Positions 1-8,917 of a stretch of DNA of 32,000 nt are shown here, piece by piece. Position numbers and translations under genes: made by a program. Every line of letters starts with the position of its first letter. The first letter of the stretch is position 1. Origin of the DNA: Microcystis aeruginosa NIES-843 (GTDB lineage Bacteria > Cyanobacteriota > Cyanobacteriia > Cyanobacteriales > Microcystaceae). The notes beneath the pieces were generated by a model, which was not told the DNA's origin, did no database searches, and worked only from the letters and a program-made list of their open reading frames with translations. The stretch is from the NCBI RefSeq assembly GCF_000010625.1, contig NC_010296.1:3780001-3812000 (forward strand). Reading direction: 5' to 3'.

Positions 1-986
1 ATCAGGTATTTACCTAGACCGGTGGGGCCTTGGGCAGAAGCGACGTTAGCGCCTAAGCGTTGGTCACGCACCAAGAAGGTGAAAGCTTGAGCTTGGGAAG
101 CTTCCATACCGGTCGGACCGTAGAATTCACTGGGATAGGCGGTGTTGTTAAACCAAACGTAAACGGCGGCGATAAAGCCCATCATGGAAAGAGCGCCCAA
201 GCTGTAGGACAGATAGGCTTCTCCAGACCAGATGAAAGCGCGGCGCGCCCAGGCAAAAGGTTTGGTGAGAATGTGCCAGATACCGCCAGCGATACAGATT
301 AAGCCAATCCAGATGTGACCGCCGATGATATCTTCCATGTTGTTGACGCTGATAATCCAGCCTTCGCCACCGAAAGGAGCTTTGGTCAGATAACCAAAGA
401 TAACTGCGGGGTTGAGGGTAGGATTGGTGATGATGCGGACATCACCGCCACCAGGGGCCCAGGTATCATAGACACCGCCAAAGAACATGGCTTTAAATAC
501 CAACAACAGCGCACCACAACCCAAGAGAATCAGGTGATAACCGATGATGTTGGTCATTTGGTTTTTGTCTTTCCAGTCGTAACCGAAGAAATTAGAGTAT
601 TCCTCTAGGGTTTCCGGTCCGCGGATAGCGTGGTAGATACCACCAAAACCGAGTACAGCCGAAGAAATTAAGTGCAGAACACCAGCGACGAAGTAGGGGA
701 AGGTATCGACTACTTCACCACCCGGACCGACCCCAAAACCGAGGGTAGCTAAGTGGGGAAGCAGGATTAAACCCTGTTCGTACATCGGTTTTTCGGGGAT
801 AAAGTGGGCGGTTTCAAACAGGGTCATTGCCCCGGCCCAGAAAACGATTAAACCAGCGTGAGCGACGTGAGCGCCGAGCAGTTTACCGGAGAGGTTGATA
901 AGACGAGCGTTACCAGACCACCAAGCGAAGCCGGTGGAACTTTGGTCACGACCGGTAGCGGTAGGGATATTAGAGAGCGTTACCAC
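1..986 (-). CDS. psbC: Photosystem II CP43 chlorophyll apoprotein, N-terminal ~328 codons (the gene's 3' end runs off the window)
   Basis: Reverse-strand translation from GTG (986-984) reads [49 protein letters not shown]. At the window edge it reads [46 protein letters not shown]. Both are classic CP43 sequence. It is missing from the ORF track because it has no stop in the window. It overlaps the psbD 3' end by 17 nt, as is typical. Confidence 0.95.
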   Translation of the reverse strand, partial: MVTLSNIPTATGRDQSSTGFAWWSGNARLINLSGKLLGAHVAHAGLIVFWAGAMTLFETAHFIPEKPMYEQGLILLPHLATLGFGVGPGGEVVDTFPYFVAGVLHLISSAVLGFGGIYHAIRGPETLEEYSNFFGYDWKDKNQMTNIIGYHLILLGCGALLLVFKAMFFGGVYDTWAPGGGDVRIITNPTLNPAVIFGYLTKAPFGGEGWIISVNNMEDIIGGHIWIGLICIAGGIWHILTKPFAWARRAFIWSGEAYLSYSLGALSMMGFIAAVYVWFNNTAYPSEFYGPTGMEASQAQAFTFLVRDQRLGANVASAQGPTGLGKYL

Positions 987-2025
987 GCGGGAGAACCTCC
1001 TCAGGGAAGATAAAGTTTTCGTGGGGTTGGTCTTGGGGAGCCATCCAAGCTCTCAGACCTTCGTTAAGCAGAATATTTTTAGTGTAGAAGGTTTCAAATT
1101 CCGGGTCTTCCGCCGCTCTCAATTCCTGAGAAACGAAGTCATAGGCCCGGAGGTTAAGCGCTAATCCAACCACACCCACAGCACTCATCCATAAACCAGT
1201 CACGGGGACAAAGAGCATGAAGAAGTGTAACCAACGTTTGTTGGAGAAAGCGATGCCGAAGATTTGCGACCAGAAACGGTTCGCAGTGACCATGGAGTAG
1301 GTTTCTTCCGCTTGGGTGGGTTCAAAAGCTCGGAAAGTGTTGGAACCTTCACCGTCTTCAAACAGGGTATTTTCTACGGTCGCTCCGTGAATAGCACAGA
1401 GAAGCGCACCACCGAGGATACCGGCTACACCCATCATGTGGAAGGGGTTGAGGGTCCAGTTGTGGAAGCCTTGGAAGAAGAGAATAAAACGGAAGATACC
1501 AGCCACGCCGAAGCTAGGGGCAAAGAACCAGCTAGACTGACCGAGGGGGTACATCAGGAAGACACTGACGAACACCGCAATCGGACCGGAGAAGGCGAGG
1601 GCGTTGTAGGGACGAATGCCGACTAAACGGGCGATTTCAAACTGACGTAGCATGAAGCCAATCAAGCCGAAAGCACCGTGGAGAGCGACAAAGGGCCATA
1701 AACCGCCGATTTGACACCAACGGGTGAAGTTACCTTGGGCTTCCGGTCCCCAGAGAAAGAGGATGGAGTGGCCGAAGGCATCGGCGGGGGTGGAGACGGC
1801 TACAGTCAGGAAGTTGCCGCCTTCCAGGTAGGAACTGGCTAACCCGTGGGTGTACCAGGAGGTGACGAAGGTGGTGCCGGTTAACCATCCACCTAGGGCC
1901 ATGAAGGCGCAGGGGAAGAGTAGTAAACCAGACCAACCGATGAAGACGAAACGGTCTCTTTTGAGCCAGTCATCGAGAGCATCAAACAGCCCTCTTTCTG
2001 GGGCGCGTCCGACAGCAATGGTCAT
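970..2025 (-). CDS. psbD: Photosystem II D2 reaction-centre protein
   Basis: The 351-aa [44 protein letters not shown]...[12 protein letters not shown] is full-length D2 with an ATG start. Confidence 0.98.
   Translation of the reverse strand: MTIAVGRAPERGLFDALDDWLKRDRFVFIGWSGLLLFPCAFMALGGWLTGTTFVTSWYTHGLASSYLEGGNFLTVAVSTPADAFGHSILFLWGPEAQGNFTRWCQIGGLWPFVALHGAFGLIGFMLRQFEIARLVGIRPYNALAFSGPIAVFVSVFLMYPLGQSSWFFAPSFGVAGIFRFILFFQGFHNWTLNPFHMMGVAGILGGALLCAIHGATVENTLFEDGEGSNTFRAFEPTQAEETYSMVTANRFWSQIFGIAFSNKRWLHFFMLFVPVTGLWMSAVGVVGLALNLRAYDFVSQELRAAEDPEFETFYTKNILLNEGLRAWMAPQDQPHENFIFPEEVLPRGNAL
996..1002 (-). promoter_or_regulatory. Shine-Dalgarno sequence for psbC, embedded in the psbD coding region
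   Basis: The minus strand reads GAGGAGG, then 9 nt, then the GTG start of psbC. Confidence 0.6.
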
Positions 2026-2350
2026 GGGTATTTTTCCTCTTGCTTAACTGAAATCACGGGCAAGATTTCTTAACTTTTTTGAGTCTGGGATTACTCCCAT
2101 TGTCTTATAAGATGGGGCGCTCGATTGACTGGATTAGCTTGACTAACCTAGCTGCGATCGCTCGTTAATCCTCACAAACTGTAAAAGATTAACGTTTCTT
2201 AAACTAGCACAAGCTAGACAATAATTTCGAGTTCGGTAAGACTTTGGTTCCTTGCGGCCTCTATCTACCTTTACTCATTATTAGCAAAAAATTACAAATC
2301 TATACAACTTGACTCATAATTGATTTTTTATGCACACAAAAACTTTTTTG

Positions 2351-3112
2351 TCAATGAGTATTTATATTCATTTTTTTAATTGATTGCCACTCGCAATCCC
2401 TGAGGGGTTGTTCTAGCAATTGACAATCAAAGCAATCCTCGGCGGCGGTTTTCAGGGTGGCGATAAGGGTTTCTAGGGTCAAATCTGGAGCTAAATTCAG
2501 CTTTTTAGGGGCAGCACTGCCGAAAACTTGCTCAAACAGCGAATTATCTTGCTCTAGCACCATGGAACCATGTTGGAGAACCGAGGAACCCCGTTGCAGT
2601 TGGGCGCTACCAATAAATTTATTCCCCCAATTATCGACTAGATCCGCACCGGTAGCCGTACCGAAACAGTTAGCAGAATGGATATATCCCCGGCCTGCAG
2701 CACCGTAGGACAATTCCAGACCGAGATTTTGCCAGCCTGTGATTAAAAATTGACAGATTTGACGGTAAACTTCCCTAACATTACCCTTCATCCCCGAATT
2801 TATCACCATATAAGTCAAATCCCCCTGATGTAGTACTGCCCGTCCACCGGTAGGACGACGAACTAGGGAGATTTTTTGCCCTTGCCAAGTCAAATTACGC
2901 CAAAAATCGGGATATTGCCGTTGATGATAGCCCAGGGAAATAGCCGGGGGCGACCATTGATAAAAACGCAGAGTCGGGGGATGATGACCACAACGGTGTT
3001 GCTCTAGTAACCAAGAATCGATCGCCATTTGTAGCTCTGCCGATGAGATAATTGGAGGGATATAACGCCAAATTTTAGCTGCCACCAAAGGATTCTCGTA
3101 ACATTTCATCAT
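2351..3112 (-). CDS. Lipoate-protein ligase / octanoyltransferase family protein (BPL/LPL catalytic domain)
   Basis: Motifs are typical of LplA/LipB-like ligases: WRYIP...MAIDSWLLEQH, PTLRFYQWSPPAISLGYHQ, RRPTGGRAVLH, KFIGSAQ. The start is uncertain. The ATG at 3112 overlaps the upstream gene by 38 nt, and GTG 3086 or TTG 3089 are alternatives. Confidence 0.8.
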   Translation of the reverse strand: MMKCYENPLVAAKIWRYIPPIISSAELQMAIDSWLLEQHRCGHHPPTLRFYQWSPPAISLGYHQRQYPDFWRNLTWQGQKISLVRRPTGGRAVLHQGDLTYMVINSGMKGNVREVYRQICQFLITGWQNLGLELSYGAAGRGYIHSANCFGTATGADLVDNWGNKFIGSAQLQRGSSVLQHGSMVLEQDNSLFEQVFGSAAPKKLNLAPDLTLETLIATLKTAAEDCFDCQLLEQPLRDCEWQSIKKMNINTH

Positions 3113-3551
3113 TATTATCTGCCACCGTCGCCACGAGAGTAATTGCTCGCGAAATCTCCCCCGCAGACAAATCGGCCACAGTGCGCTGAGAAATCACCAC
3201 CACCTGATCATTCATAATGGCAAAATGAGATTCAAAGGTTTCGGCACAATTCATCGCTAATAACTTGCGGGTTAATCCCAATTCATCCTTAACGGGTAAT
3301 TTGAGGACAGAAGACCACACCGTTAGAAAATCATCATCGCTTTCCCCAGTTAACTGTACAAATACCTCAACGCTACCATACTGAAACTTCCAAAGATAAC
3401 CTTTTTCTGTATGTTGTACCATAGCAGTATCATTCTGCTGCAGAGTAGAAATAACCATTTCAATCATTTCTTGGTGACTGCTCGTACTAGCCAGAAATTC
3501 ATCGGTCATTGACTCTATTGCTTCTGAAGTCGCTAAACTTTCTGTGGTCAT
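3075..3551 (-). CDS. Conserved hypothetical protein, possibly a YbjN/secretion-chaperone-like fold
   Basis: 158-aa ORF with an ATG start, acidic, co-oriented with and overlapping the next gene. The fold assignment is from memory of similar cyanobacterial proteins and is unverified. Confidence 0.55.
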   Translation of the reverse strand: MTTESLATSEAIESMTDEFLASTSSHQEMIEMVISTLQQNDTAMVQHTEKGYLWKFQYGSVEVFVQLTGESDDDFLTVWSSVLKLPVKDELGLTRKLLAMNCAETFESHFAIMNDQVVVISQRTVADLSAGEISRAITLVATVADNNDEMLRESFGGS

Positions 3552-3660
3552 AAAAATTCCCTAAACTCGATCGATCACAATCTTATCCCAAGAGAAAAGA
3601 AAAAAGTAAACAGCAAACAGTAAACAGCGAAAAGACAGGGGCTTGACCATTCTCTATATA

Positions 3661-4007
3661 GGGTCTGCTGAATAAATCTAAAAACCTCGTTGGATAATAT
3701 AGCGTTTCCCAATCTCATGAGGTACACCAAAATCTTAACTCCTGAATCCCGAATCCTGACTCCTCAAAACCTAAGACTCTGTACCTCACAACTATGGGAA
3801 TTGCTATATCTTTAGGCTTTTTTGAAATCAAAAAGTGCCAGCCCTTGGAGTGATCAGGGGGGAAATTTAGGCACTTTTTCCCCGAAAATTAGGTAATTGA
3901 CCCCCTGAAAATGGGTAAAACCCTACACCCCACCTGCCCCCCCCGATGTCGGGGGGGTTGGGGGGGCCACACCCTGCCACCACCGAAAAACTTTTTGCCG
4001 CAAACCC
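3661..4007. mobile_element. MITE-like non-autonomous element, copy 1 (with a nested insertion)
   Basis: Terminal inverted repeats are GGGTCTGCTGAA (3661-3672) and GCCGCAAACCC (3997-4007). There is long collinear similarity to 14550-14762 (ataaatctaaaaacc, aatcaaaaagtRccag, ctttttccc.gaaaattaggtaatt, gaaaatgggtaaaaccc, CCCCACA-type run, gaaaaacttttt). It has no coding capacity. Confidence 0.8.
3697..3809. mobile_element. Nested ~113-bp hairpin element inside MITE copy 1
   Basis: This segment is absent from the otherwise collinear copy 2. It is bounded by 30-nt imperfect inverted repeats, atatagcgtttcccaatctcatgaggtaca (3697-3726) and tgtacctcacaactatgggaattgctatat (3780-3809), which match at 23/30 positions. 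The core contains TCCYGAM heptamer repeats. Confidence 0.55.
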
Positions 4008-4088
4008 TAACTATTACTGATCAGGGTAGATCTGTTTTGTCTGTCTATTTTGAGCTTGAGTCTCGGGCTGATCGTTTCTTTTCTCCTC

Positions 4089-4116
4089 TAACCCGCGTGT
4101 TACCCAACGCGGGTTA
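4089..4116 (-). terminator. Stem-loop immediately downstream of the J-domain gene (possible terminator, no U-tract)
   Basis: A 9-bp perfect stem TAACCCGCG / CGCGGGTTA with a 10-nt loop lies 31 nt past the stop at 4147. It lacks a following U-run on the minus strand, so the call is weak. Confidence 0.25.
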
Positions 4117-4146
4117 AAATGAGAATTTGGTATCATACTTATACCG

Positions 4147-5100
4147 TTATGGTTTGATCTGGTTATTCTTTTTACCACCAAATAGAGACCAAAAACCGCC
4201 CTTGCGATCCCCTTCCTTTTTTTGTCCCTTCTGGTCTTCCATTTCAACATTAGGATTAACTACTTTATCTAGTTCCCGTTTGCACCTAATCACCGTCGCA
4301 TCTTTGGGGCTGACTTGCCAGGCGCGATTGATATGAACCCGGGCCATGGAGAGTTGATTTTGTTGCAGGTAGGCTAAACCGAGCAGGGCGTGACAGATGC
4401 CATTATCTGGTTCTTGCCGCAGGGCATCGCGCAATTCTCGCAAAGCTTGGGCGGGATTATTTTGGTCAAGAGAGGCTTGGGCGCGGCGAATATAGGCTTC
4501 TAGGGGCGATTCTTTGGCTTTAGCCTCGGCTGCCGTGATGAAAGTAGCCCCGACTAACTCGGACTGCTTAGGATTGCCTTGGGAGATAAAGACTTTCCGG
4601 GTGGTTTTCTTGTTGCCCTGACCTTCGGTTAACATCAGATAAACCAGATTGAGTTCACTGAGTTGGGCGATTTTCTGATAGGTATTTTCTAGGGCGGTAT
4701 ATTGATCGATCGCCAAGGATTGCAGGATTTTTTGATAGGCTAATTCATAGTTAGCGCTAGATTGGGCTAGTTTTCTAGCCGGTTCGCTACTGATGGTGAT
4801 TTTACCCGCATCTCTCGCCATTGCCTTGCCCATTTGTGCTAAAATGAGCCGGAATTCTTCCCGATATAGGTCACGGCCCAGATGTTCGTAGGCTGGGTTA
4901 ACTAATTTTGCCAGTAACTGATTAGCCTGTTCCCTTTCGGCGGGGGTGTAAAGGCGACAGGTATCGGGGTGAAGTTTATAGGCAATTTTTAAGTAACGCT
5001 CGCGAATCTCCTCATGTTCGGCATCGATCGAGACTCCTAAAACAGCGAAGTGATCGATTAAATCAAATTGAAATAATCCCTGGGAAATCGGAAAAGGCAT
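4147..5100 (-). CDS. J-domain (DnaJ-like) protein with a C-terminal TPR-like region
   Basis: N-terminal DHFAVLGVSIDAEHEEIRERYLKIAYKLHPDT contains the HPD motif. The C-terminus ALRELRDALRQEPDNGICHALLGLAYLQQNQLSMA is TPR-like. ATG start. Confidence 0.8.
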   Translation of the reverse strand: MPFPISQGLFQFDLIDHFAVLGVSIDAEHEEIRERYLKIAYKLHPDTCRLYTPAEREQANQLLAKLVNPAYEHLGRDLYREEFRLILAQMGKAMARDAGKITISSEPARKLAQSSANYELAYQKILQSLAIDQYTALENTYQKIAQLSELNLVYLMLTEGQGNKKTTRKVFISQGNPKQSELVGATFITAAEAKAKESPLEAYIRRAQASLDQNNPAQALRELRDALRQEPDNGICHALLGLAYLQQNQLSMARVHINRAWQVSPKDATVIRCKRELDKVVNPNVEMEDQKGQKKEGDRKGGFWSLFGGKKNNQIKP

Positions 5101-5301
5101 ACAGATGATCCTACTCTAATCACAATGATAATCGCCATAAATATTAGCTCTCCTGCAAAAATCAAAAATCTTTCCTTAGGTGAGTAGAATCCGAGACAGG
5201 AGACTCCAAGACAGGCGGAGAAAAAAGACAGCGGTTTTAGAGATTTTTTTGACCCGATAGCGGTTAGAGAACTTACTTTTGCAGAAGGTCTATGAAAAGA
5301 A

Positions 5302-6123
5302 TTAAAACTGAAAACTCCAAGAGGCGGCTTTTTGCAGAGCTTGGCTTAAGGGGGTGTGAATCTGTCCGTTAGTGGCCAGGATTCGCCCCGTTTCTATCAG
5401 AAAAGGACTCTCATCGTAGGCGCTAATTTTACCGCCAGCTTCTTCGATCAGAATAATTCCCGCGGCCAGATCCCAAGGATTAATCCCTCGTTCCCAATAA
5501 CCATCTAAGCGCCCACAGGCCACATCGGTTAAGTCTTTGGCAGCGGAACCGCTGCGGCGTACTCCTTGGGTCAGATGGGTCAGATAACAGAATTCGGCAT
5601 AATTATTATCGGGGGTTTGACAGCGATCGTAGGCAAAACCCGTCACCAGTAAACTTTTTTCTAGTTCACTCGTCCGGGAGACATGGATGGGACGACGGTT
5701 CAGGGTGGCCCCCAAACCCCTGGCTGCCCGAAATAGTTCCTTTCTAAAGGGGTTATAGATGACTCCCACTGCTGCTATCCCTGCGATCAGTAGTCCGATA
5801 GAGACGACGGATACGGGATAACCGTGGGCATAGTTGGTGGTTCCATCGAGAGGATCGATCGCCCAGAGATACTCGCTATCCGTCCCTGGCAGTTTTCCCG
5901 ATTCTTCCGCTAAAATCCCATGTTCGGGAAAGTGACGGCCAATAATTTTGAGAATTTCTGTTTCTGCTCGACGATCTATTTCCGTCACTAAATCGCCCGA
6001 TCGCCCTTTTTCTTCTATTGTCTCGATTTTACCCCAATTATCGAGGATAATTGTTCCCGCCGCTAGGGCGGCTTCGCTGGCAATGTCTAGGTATTTTTCC
6101 AATTGGCTGCTGGTATCTGGCAC
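5302..6123 (-). CDS. Inositol monophosphatase family protein
   Basis: Contains the ILAEESG and WAIDPLDGTTNYAHGYP signature motifs and WDLAAG. The GTG start at 6123 is preceded by AAGGA. Confidence 0.85.
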   Translation of the reverse strand: MPDTSSQLEKYLDIASEAALAAGTIILDNWGKIETIEEKGRSGDLVTEIDRRAETEILKIIGRHFPEHGILAEESGKLPGTDSEYLWAIDPLDGTTNYAHGYPVSVVSIGLLIAGIAAVGVIYNPFRKELFRAARGLGATLNRRPIHVSRTSELEKSLLVTGFAYDRCQTPDNNYAEFCYLTHLTQGVRRSGSAAKDLTDVACGRLDGYWERGINPWDLAAGIILIEEAGGKISAYDESPFLIETGRILATNGQIHTPLSQALQKAASWSFQF

Positions 6124-6137
6124 GATTAATCCTTAAT

Positions 6138-6506
6138 CTATTCTTCATCTAAGGGTAAACCAAAACGCACTTTCCCACGGGCAAAAAAGCGACCGAATTG
6201 TAATTCATACACTTCATCCTCGTCTTGGGTGGCTACTTCCATATCGCTACGGGCATAACTGACACAAAGTAAAGCATAACCTCTGGCTTTTAATTCCGGC
6301 GATAGTCCAATCGCTTCTGGTTGATGGATATCTCCCGATAATACCCTGACCGCACAGCTGGTACAAGCTCCATTGCGACAGGAAAAGGGTAATTGATGAC
6401 TCTGTTTTTCCAGACTGTGCAGTATATAGTTATCCCCTGGAACGGTGGTGACAAATTTTTCGCCGGTCTGACGATTGTGAACGGTGATTTGATGATATTT
6501 AGTCAT
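6138..6506 (-). CDS. Plant-type [2Fe-2S] ferredoxin with a C-terminal extension (FdC2/Fed2-like)
   Basis: Cys ligand pattern is CRNGACTSC...C (LLCVSY). The 122-aa protein has an extended tail, QFGRFFARGKVRFGLPLDEE. The Fed2/FdC2 assignment is from memory. Confidence 0.85.
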   Translation of the reverse strand: MTKYHQITVHNRQTGEKFVTTVPGDNYILHSLEKQSHQLPFSCRNGACTSCAVRVLSGDIHQPEAIGLSPELKARGYALLCVSYARSDMEVATQDEDEVYELQFGRFFARGKVRFGLPLDEE

Positions 6507-6523
6507 AGTTTAGTTAGGCGGAA

Positions 6524-6551
6524 ATTATAGATGCAATTTAGATAGTTCTAA
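6524..6551 (-). promoter_or_regulatory. Candidate sigma70-type promoter for the ferredoxin gene
   Basis: On the minus strand: TTAGAA (6551-6546), a 16-nt spacer, then TATAAT (6529-6524), about 18 nt upstream of the ATG at 6506. Sequence pattern only. Confidence 0.3.
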
Positions 6552-6670
6552 ATTTACGGGCTATTTTGGTCAGCCACCTTGATTATATCATCAATAATTG
6601 CTCAAATAGTCTTCATCTTTACAAATGCCCCTGGACAACTGTTAACTTTTCTTTGGTCACTTGCTAATTT

Positions 6671-8917
6671 TTATGGCTCTTGAAAATTCATCTCTTTTAA
6701 TCTAACTGCACCGTCGATAATTGAGATTTCCTGGGAGCCAATTTGCACGATCGCATCTAATCCCTTACCGATAATTTTAACTGCTGGGGGACGACTTTTT
6801 TGTACGGTCATCACCAGAAAAAATTCCTCGCTACCTGTGGCTAAAATGCGCTCACCTGTATTAGTTTTCTCGACTTTTAAAGTCACGGGAGTTATAAAAG
6901 TTCCCTGCATATTTGCCCGATTTTGAGTGATAGTAAAACTATTTCTTCCGAGAGTAACATTTCCCTGGGTATTCATCACCCAAGTTTTATTAATAAATTC
7001 TGGTTGATCGACTTTACCTAATAATTTATCCATCAAGACGAATAATCCGGGGGAACCAGAGGATAGACTGTAATCGACGGCGAAAGAGCGAACTAGAGCA
7101 ACTTCTACGGGTTTATTAGCTCCTTTAACCCTAATTTTATCAGTTTTTAACGTAATTACTCCCGAACCATCGGGACTAGATTGAAAAGTCATCGGTTTTG
7201 CCTGTCGCCAAGGTGGGGTTTTCGGGAAAGTAACGGTATTTTCTGAGTTCCAGTCGCCTTTTGATCTCTCAAAACTCGCCCAATGTCCTCCTAGTCCCCA
7301 AATTCTCACACTAGCGACATCGGGAAAAGACCATCCCCCCACAAAAGGTTGCTGTTTGAGATAGATACTAGCGACAAAATCCTCTTCATTTTGCCACCGA
7401 TTACGAAAAGCATAAAATCCCTTTTGTTGATCAACTAAAACCCTGGAAAGTTGGCGTTCGGGATTTTCGGGAATAAGATTAGATGGATAAGCAGCGAGAA
7501 GAAAAGGGGCAATATGAGGATAATGGGGGTGAAAAAGTTGTTTTTCTTGACCTTGTAATCGCCATTTTAGCGCTGGCAGCCATGATTTATCGGTAATTCC
7601 CAATGCGATAGTTAATAAAGACACTCCTACAAACACCTGATGTCTGCCATAAGCAGGAATCAATAATTGACCATTTTTAGGGACAATTCTGGTTAAATAA
7701 TGGGGGATCAATTGGGCTGCCGAGGAACCAGTTACTAAGTCTAATCCGAGACTATTTCGATACCCTTGCAGAAAAGGAAAAACAGCGAGAACCATGGGTT
7801 CGGTGGTGTATAAATCTCCTTCCGAGCCAAATCCTCGATCGCCGATAGCTGTGGTAAAATAGCGTTCGATGTGACGTTTGGCCATTTCCACCTGTGCAGA
7901 GGGATAATAAAGAGGATCGGGCGGTAAATCTTCCTTGAGAATCGCTAAACTAGCTAATCCTGCCGCACCTCTGGCCCGCGCATTCCAGTTACTAACTGCG
8001 TCTCCATTCCAGCCATCTTTGGGTAAACCACTGAGAAGTTTTTTACTTTCACTGGATAACCAGCCAGTAATTTCCCGTTGGCGCTTTTCTCCCCAAAGAT
8101 CATAACAAAGATCGTAGGCGAGAGCGACTCCGGCAACAATTGGCGATTGTTCTAAGATTCTCCTGCCCCGATTTTTACGGGTTTTTTCGATAATTTCCCA
8201 GGCGGTTTCTGCTGATTTTCTATCTTGATTTAAAATTGCCAAAAAACAATGACCTGTGGCATGATAACCACCATTAGGCACATAACCATCGTAATAAATT
8301 TTTTCCTGTAAACTGTTGTTTAATTGGGCGATAATAGTTTGACCGATGGGAGTTTTCGCTTTTTCTCTGAGATTAGTTAATTCTGACTTGCGAAAGATTA
8401 AACGGGGATGTTCTCGCGCTTGTAGGGGTTGGTGATTAGGGACGGGATTAGGCCATAAAGGGGAAATTGTGCCATTAACTTGGCTATGTCGTCTTCTTCC
8501 CCCTAAAGTGCCTTGATAACTGCCGATAAGTTGGTCTTGGTAGGGGACAATTTCGATATTATAAATAGCTTCCCTGACTTCCGCTTGCCAAGGGTGACTT
8601 TGAATCCTCATTTTCACCTGTAATCGCCAAGCATTGTCTAATTTAATCGTTTTTACCGTACCTTGGTGATCCACTTCTTGATTGAATTTCGGTGCGTATC
8701 CCCACACCGATGGCTGACAAACAGCGCGATCGCATCTTAAATCTAGGGTAAGATCTTGATAAACGGGTTTATCTTGCCACAGTTTCCAAACGCCATGTTT
8801 CAGGGTTAAACGAAGGTTGCCAGTTAATAATTGCGGATTGATCGTTTCTTGGCTAGGTGCGCTTGTACCACCTAGCAAAAGTAAGGGAATGGCCGCTAAA
8901 AAAGGAGATATTTTCAT
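6671..8917 (-). CDS. Large secreted hypothetical protein, possibly with a polysaccharide-lyase (heparinase II/III / alginate-lyase-like) fold
   Basis: The track ORF begins at a TTG (8968). The ATG at 8917 gives MKISPFLAAIPLLLLGGTSAPSQ, a signal peptide, and forms an ATGA overlap with the upstream stop. The segment REHPRLIFRKSELTNLREKAKTPIGQ resembles the N-terminus of heparinase II/III-type proteins. This is a weak call. Confidence 0.6.
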   Translation of the reverse strand: MKISPFLAAIPLLLLGGTSAPSQETINPQLLTGNLRLTLKHGVWKLWQDKPVYQDLTLDLRCDRAVCQPSVWGYAPKFNQEVDHQGTVKTIKLDNAWRLQVKMRIQSHPWQAEVREAIYNIEIVPYQDQLIGSYQGTLGGRRRHSQVNGTISPLWPNPVPNHQPLQAREHPRLIFRKSELTNLREKAKTPIGQTIIAQLNNSLQEKIYYDGYVPNGGYHATGHCFLAILNQDRKSAETAWEIIEKTRKNRGRRILEQSPIVAGVALAYDLCYDLWGEKRQREITGWLSSESKKLLSGLPKDGWNGDAVSNWNARARGAAGLASLAILKEDLPPDPLYYPSAQVEMAKRHIERYFTTAIGDRGFGSEGDLYTTEPMVLAVFPFLQGYRNSLGLDLVTGSSAAQLIPHYLTRIVPKNGQLLIPAYGRHQVFVGVSLLTIALGITDKSWLPALKWRLQGQEKQLFHPHYPHIAPFLLAAYPSNLIPENPERQLSRVLVDQQKGFYAFRNRWQNEEDFVASIYLKQQPFVGGWSFPDVASVRIWGLGGHWASFERSKGDWNSENTVTFPKTPPWRQAKPMTFQSSPDGSGVITLKTDKIRVKGANKPVEVALVRSFAVDYSLSSGSPGLFVLMDKLLGKVDQPEFINKTWVMNTQGNVTLGRNSFTITQNRANMQGTFITPVTLKVEKTNTGERILATGSEEFFLVMTVQKSRPPAVKIIGKGLDAIVQIGSQEISIIDGAVRLKEMNFQEP

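Noticed and set aside
60-2047. Plus-strand ORFs (60-302, 315-608, 895-1164, 1264-1626, 1850-2047) and the minus-strand out-of-frame ORF 1730-1936
   Set aside because: All lie antisense to, or out of frame within, the highly conserved psbC/psbD coding sequences. Their translations are low-complexity and unrecognisable.
2026-2350. psbD promoter calls (for example TATAAG at 2109-2104, or TTGTAT-17-CTAATA further upstream)
   Set aside because: Several weak hexamer combinations fit equally well. Without TSS data I cannot support one, so no promoter feature is reported here.
3911-4336. ORFs 3911-4117 (+), 4014-4250 (-) and 4127-4336 (+)
   Set aside because: The first is made of MITE sequence, including the C8/G7 homopolymers. 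The others overlap the stem-loop and the 3' end of the J-domain gene in other frames. None has recognisable motifs.
5150-5287. Possible 138-bp MITE bounded by CTCCTGCAAAA (5150-5160) and TTTTGCAGAAG (5277-5287)
   Set aside because: This is only an 11-nt inverted repeat with one mismatch. I estimate a chance occurrence in a 200-bp AT-rich spacer is not negligible. No second copy is visible in the window.
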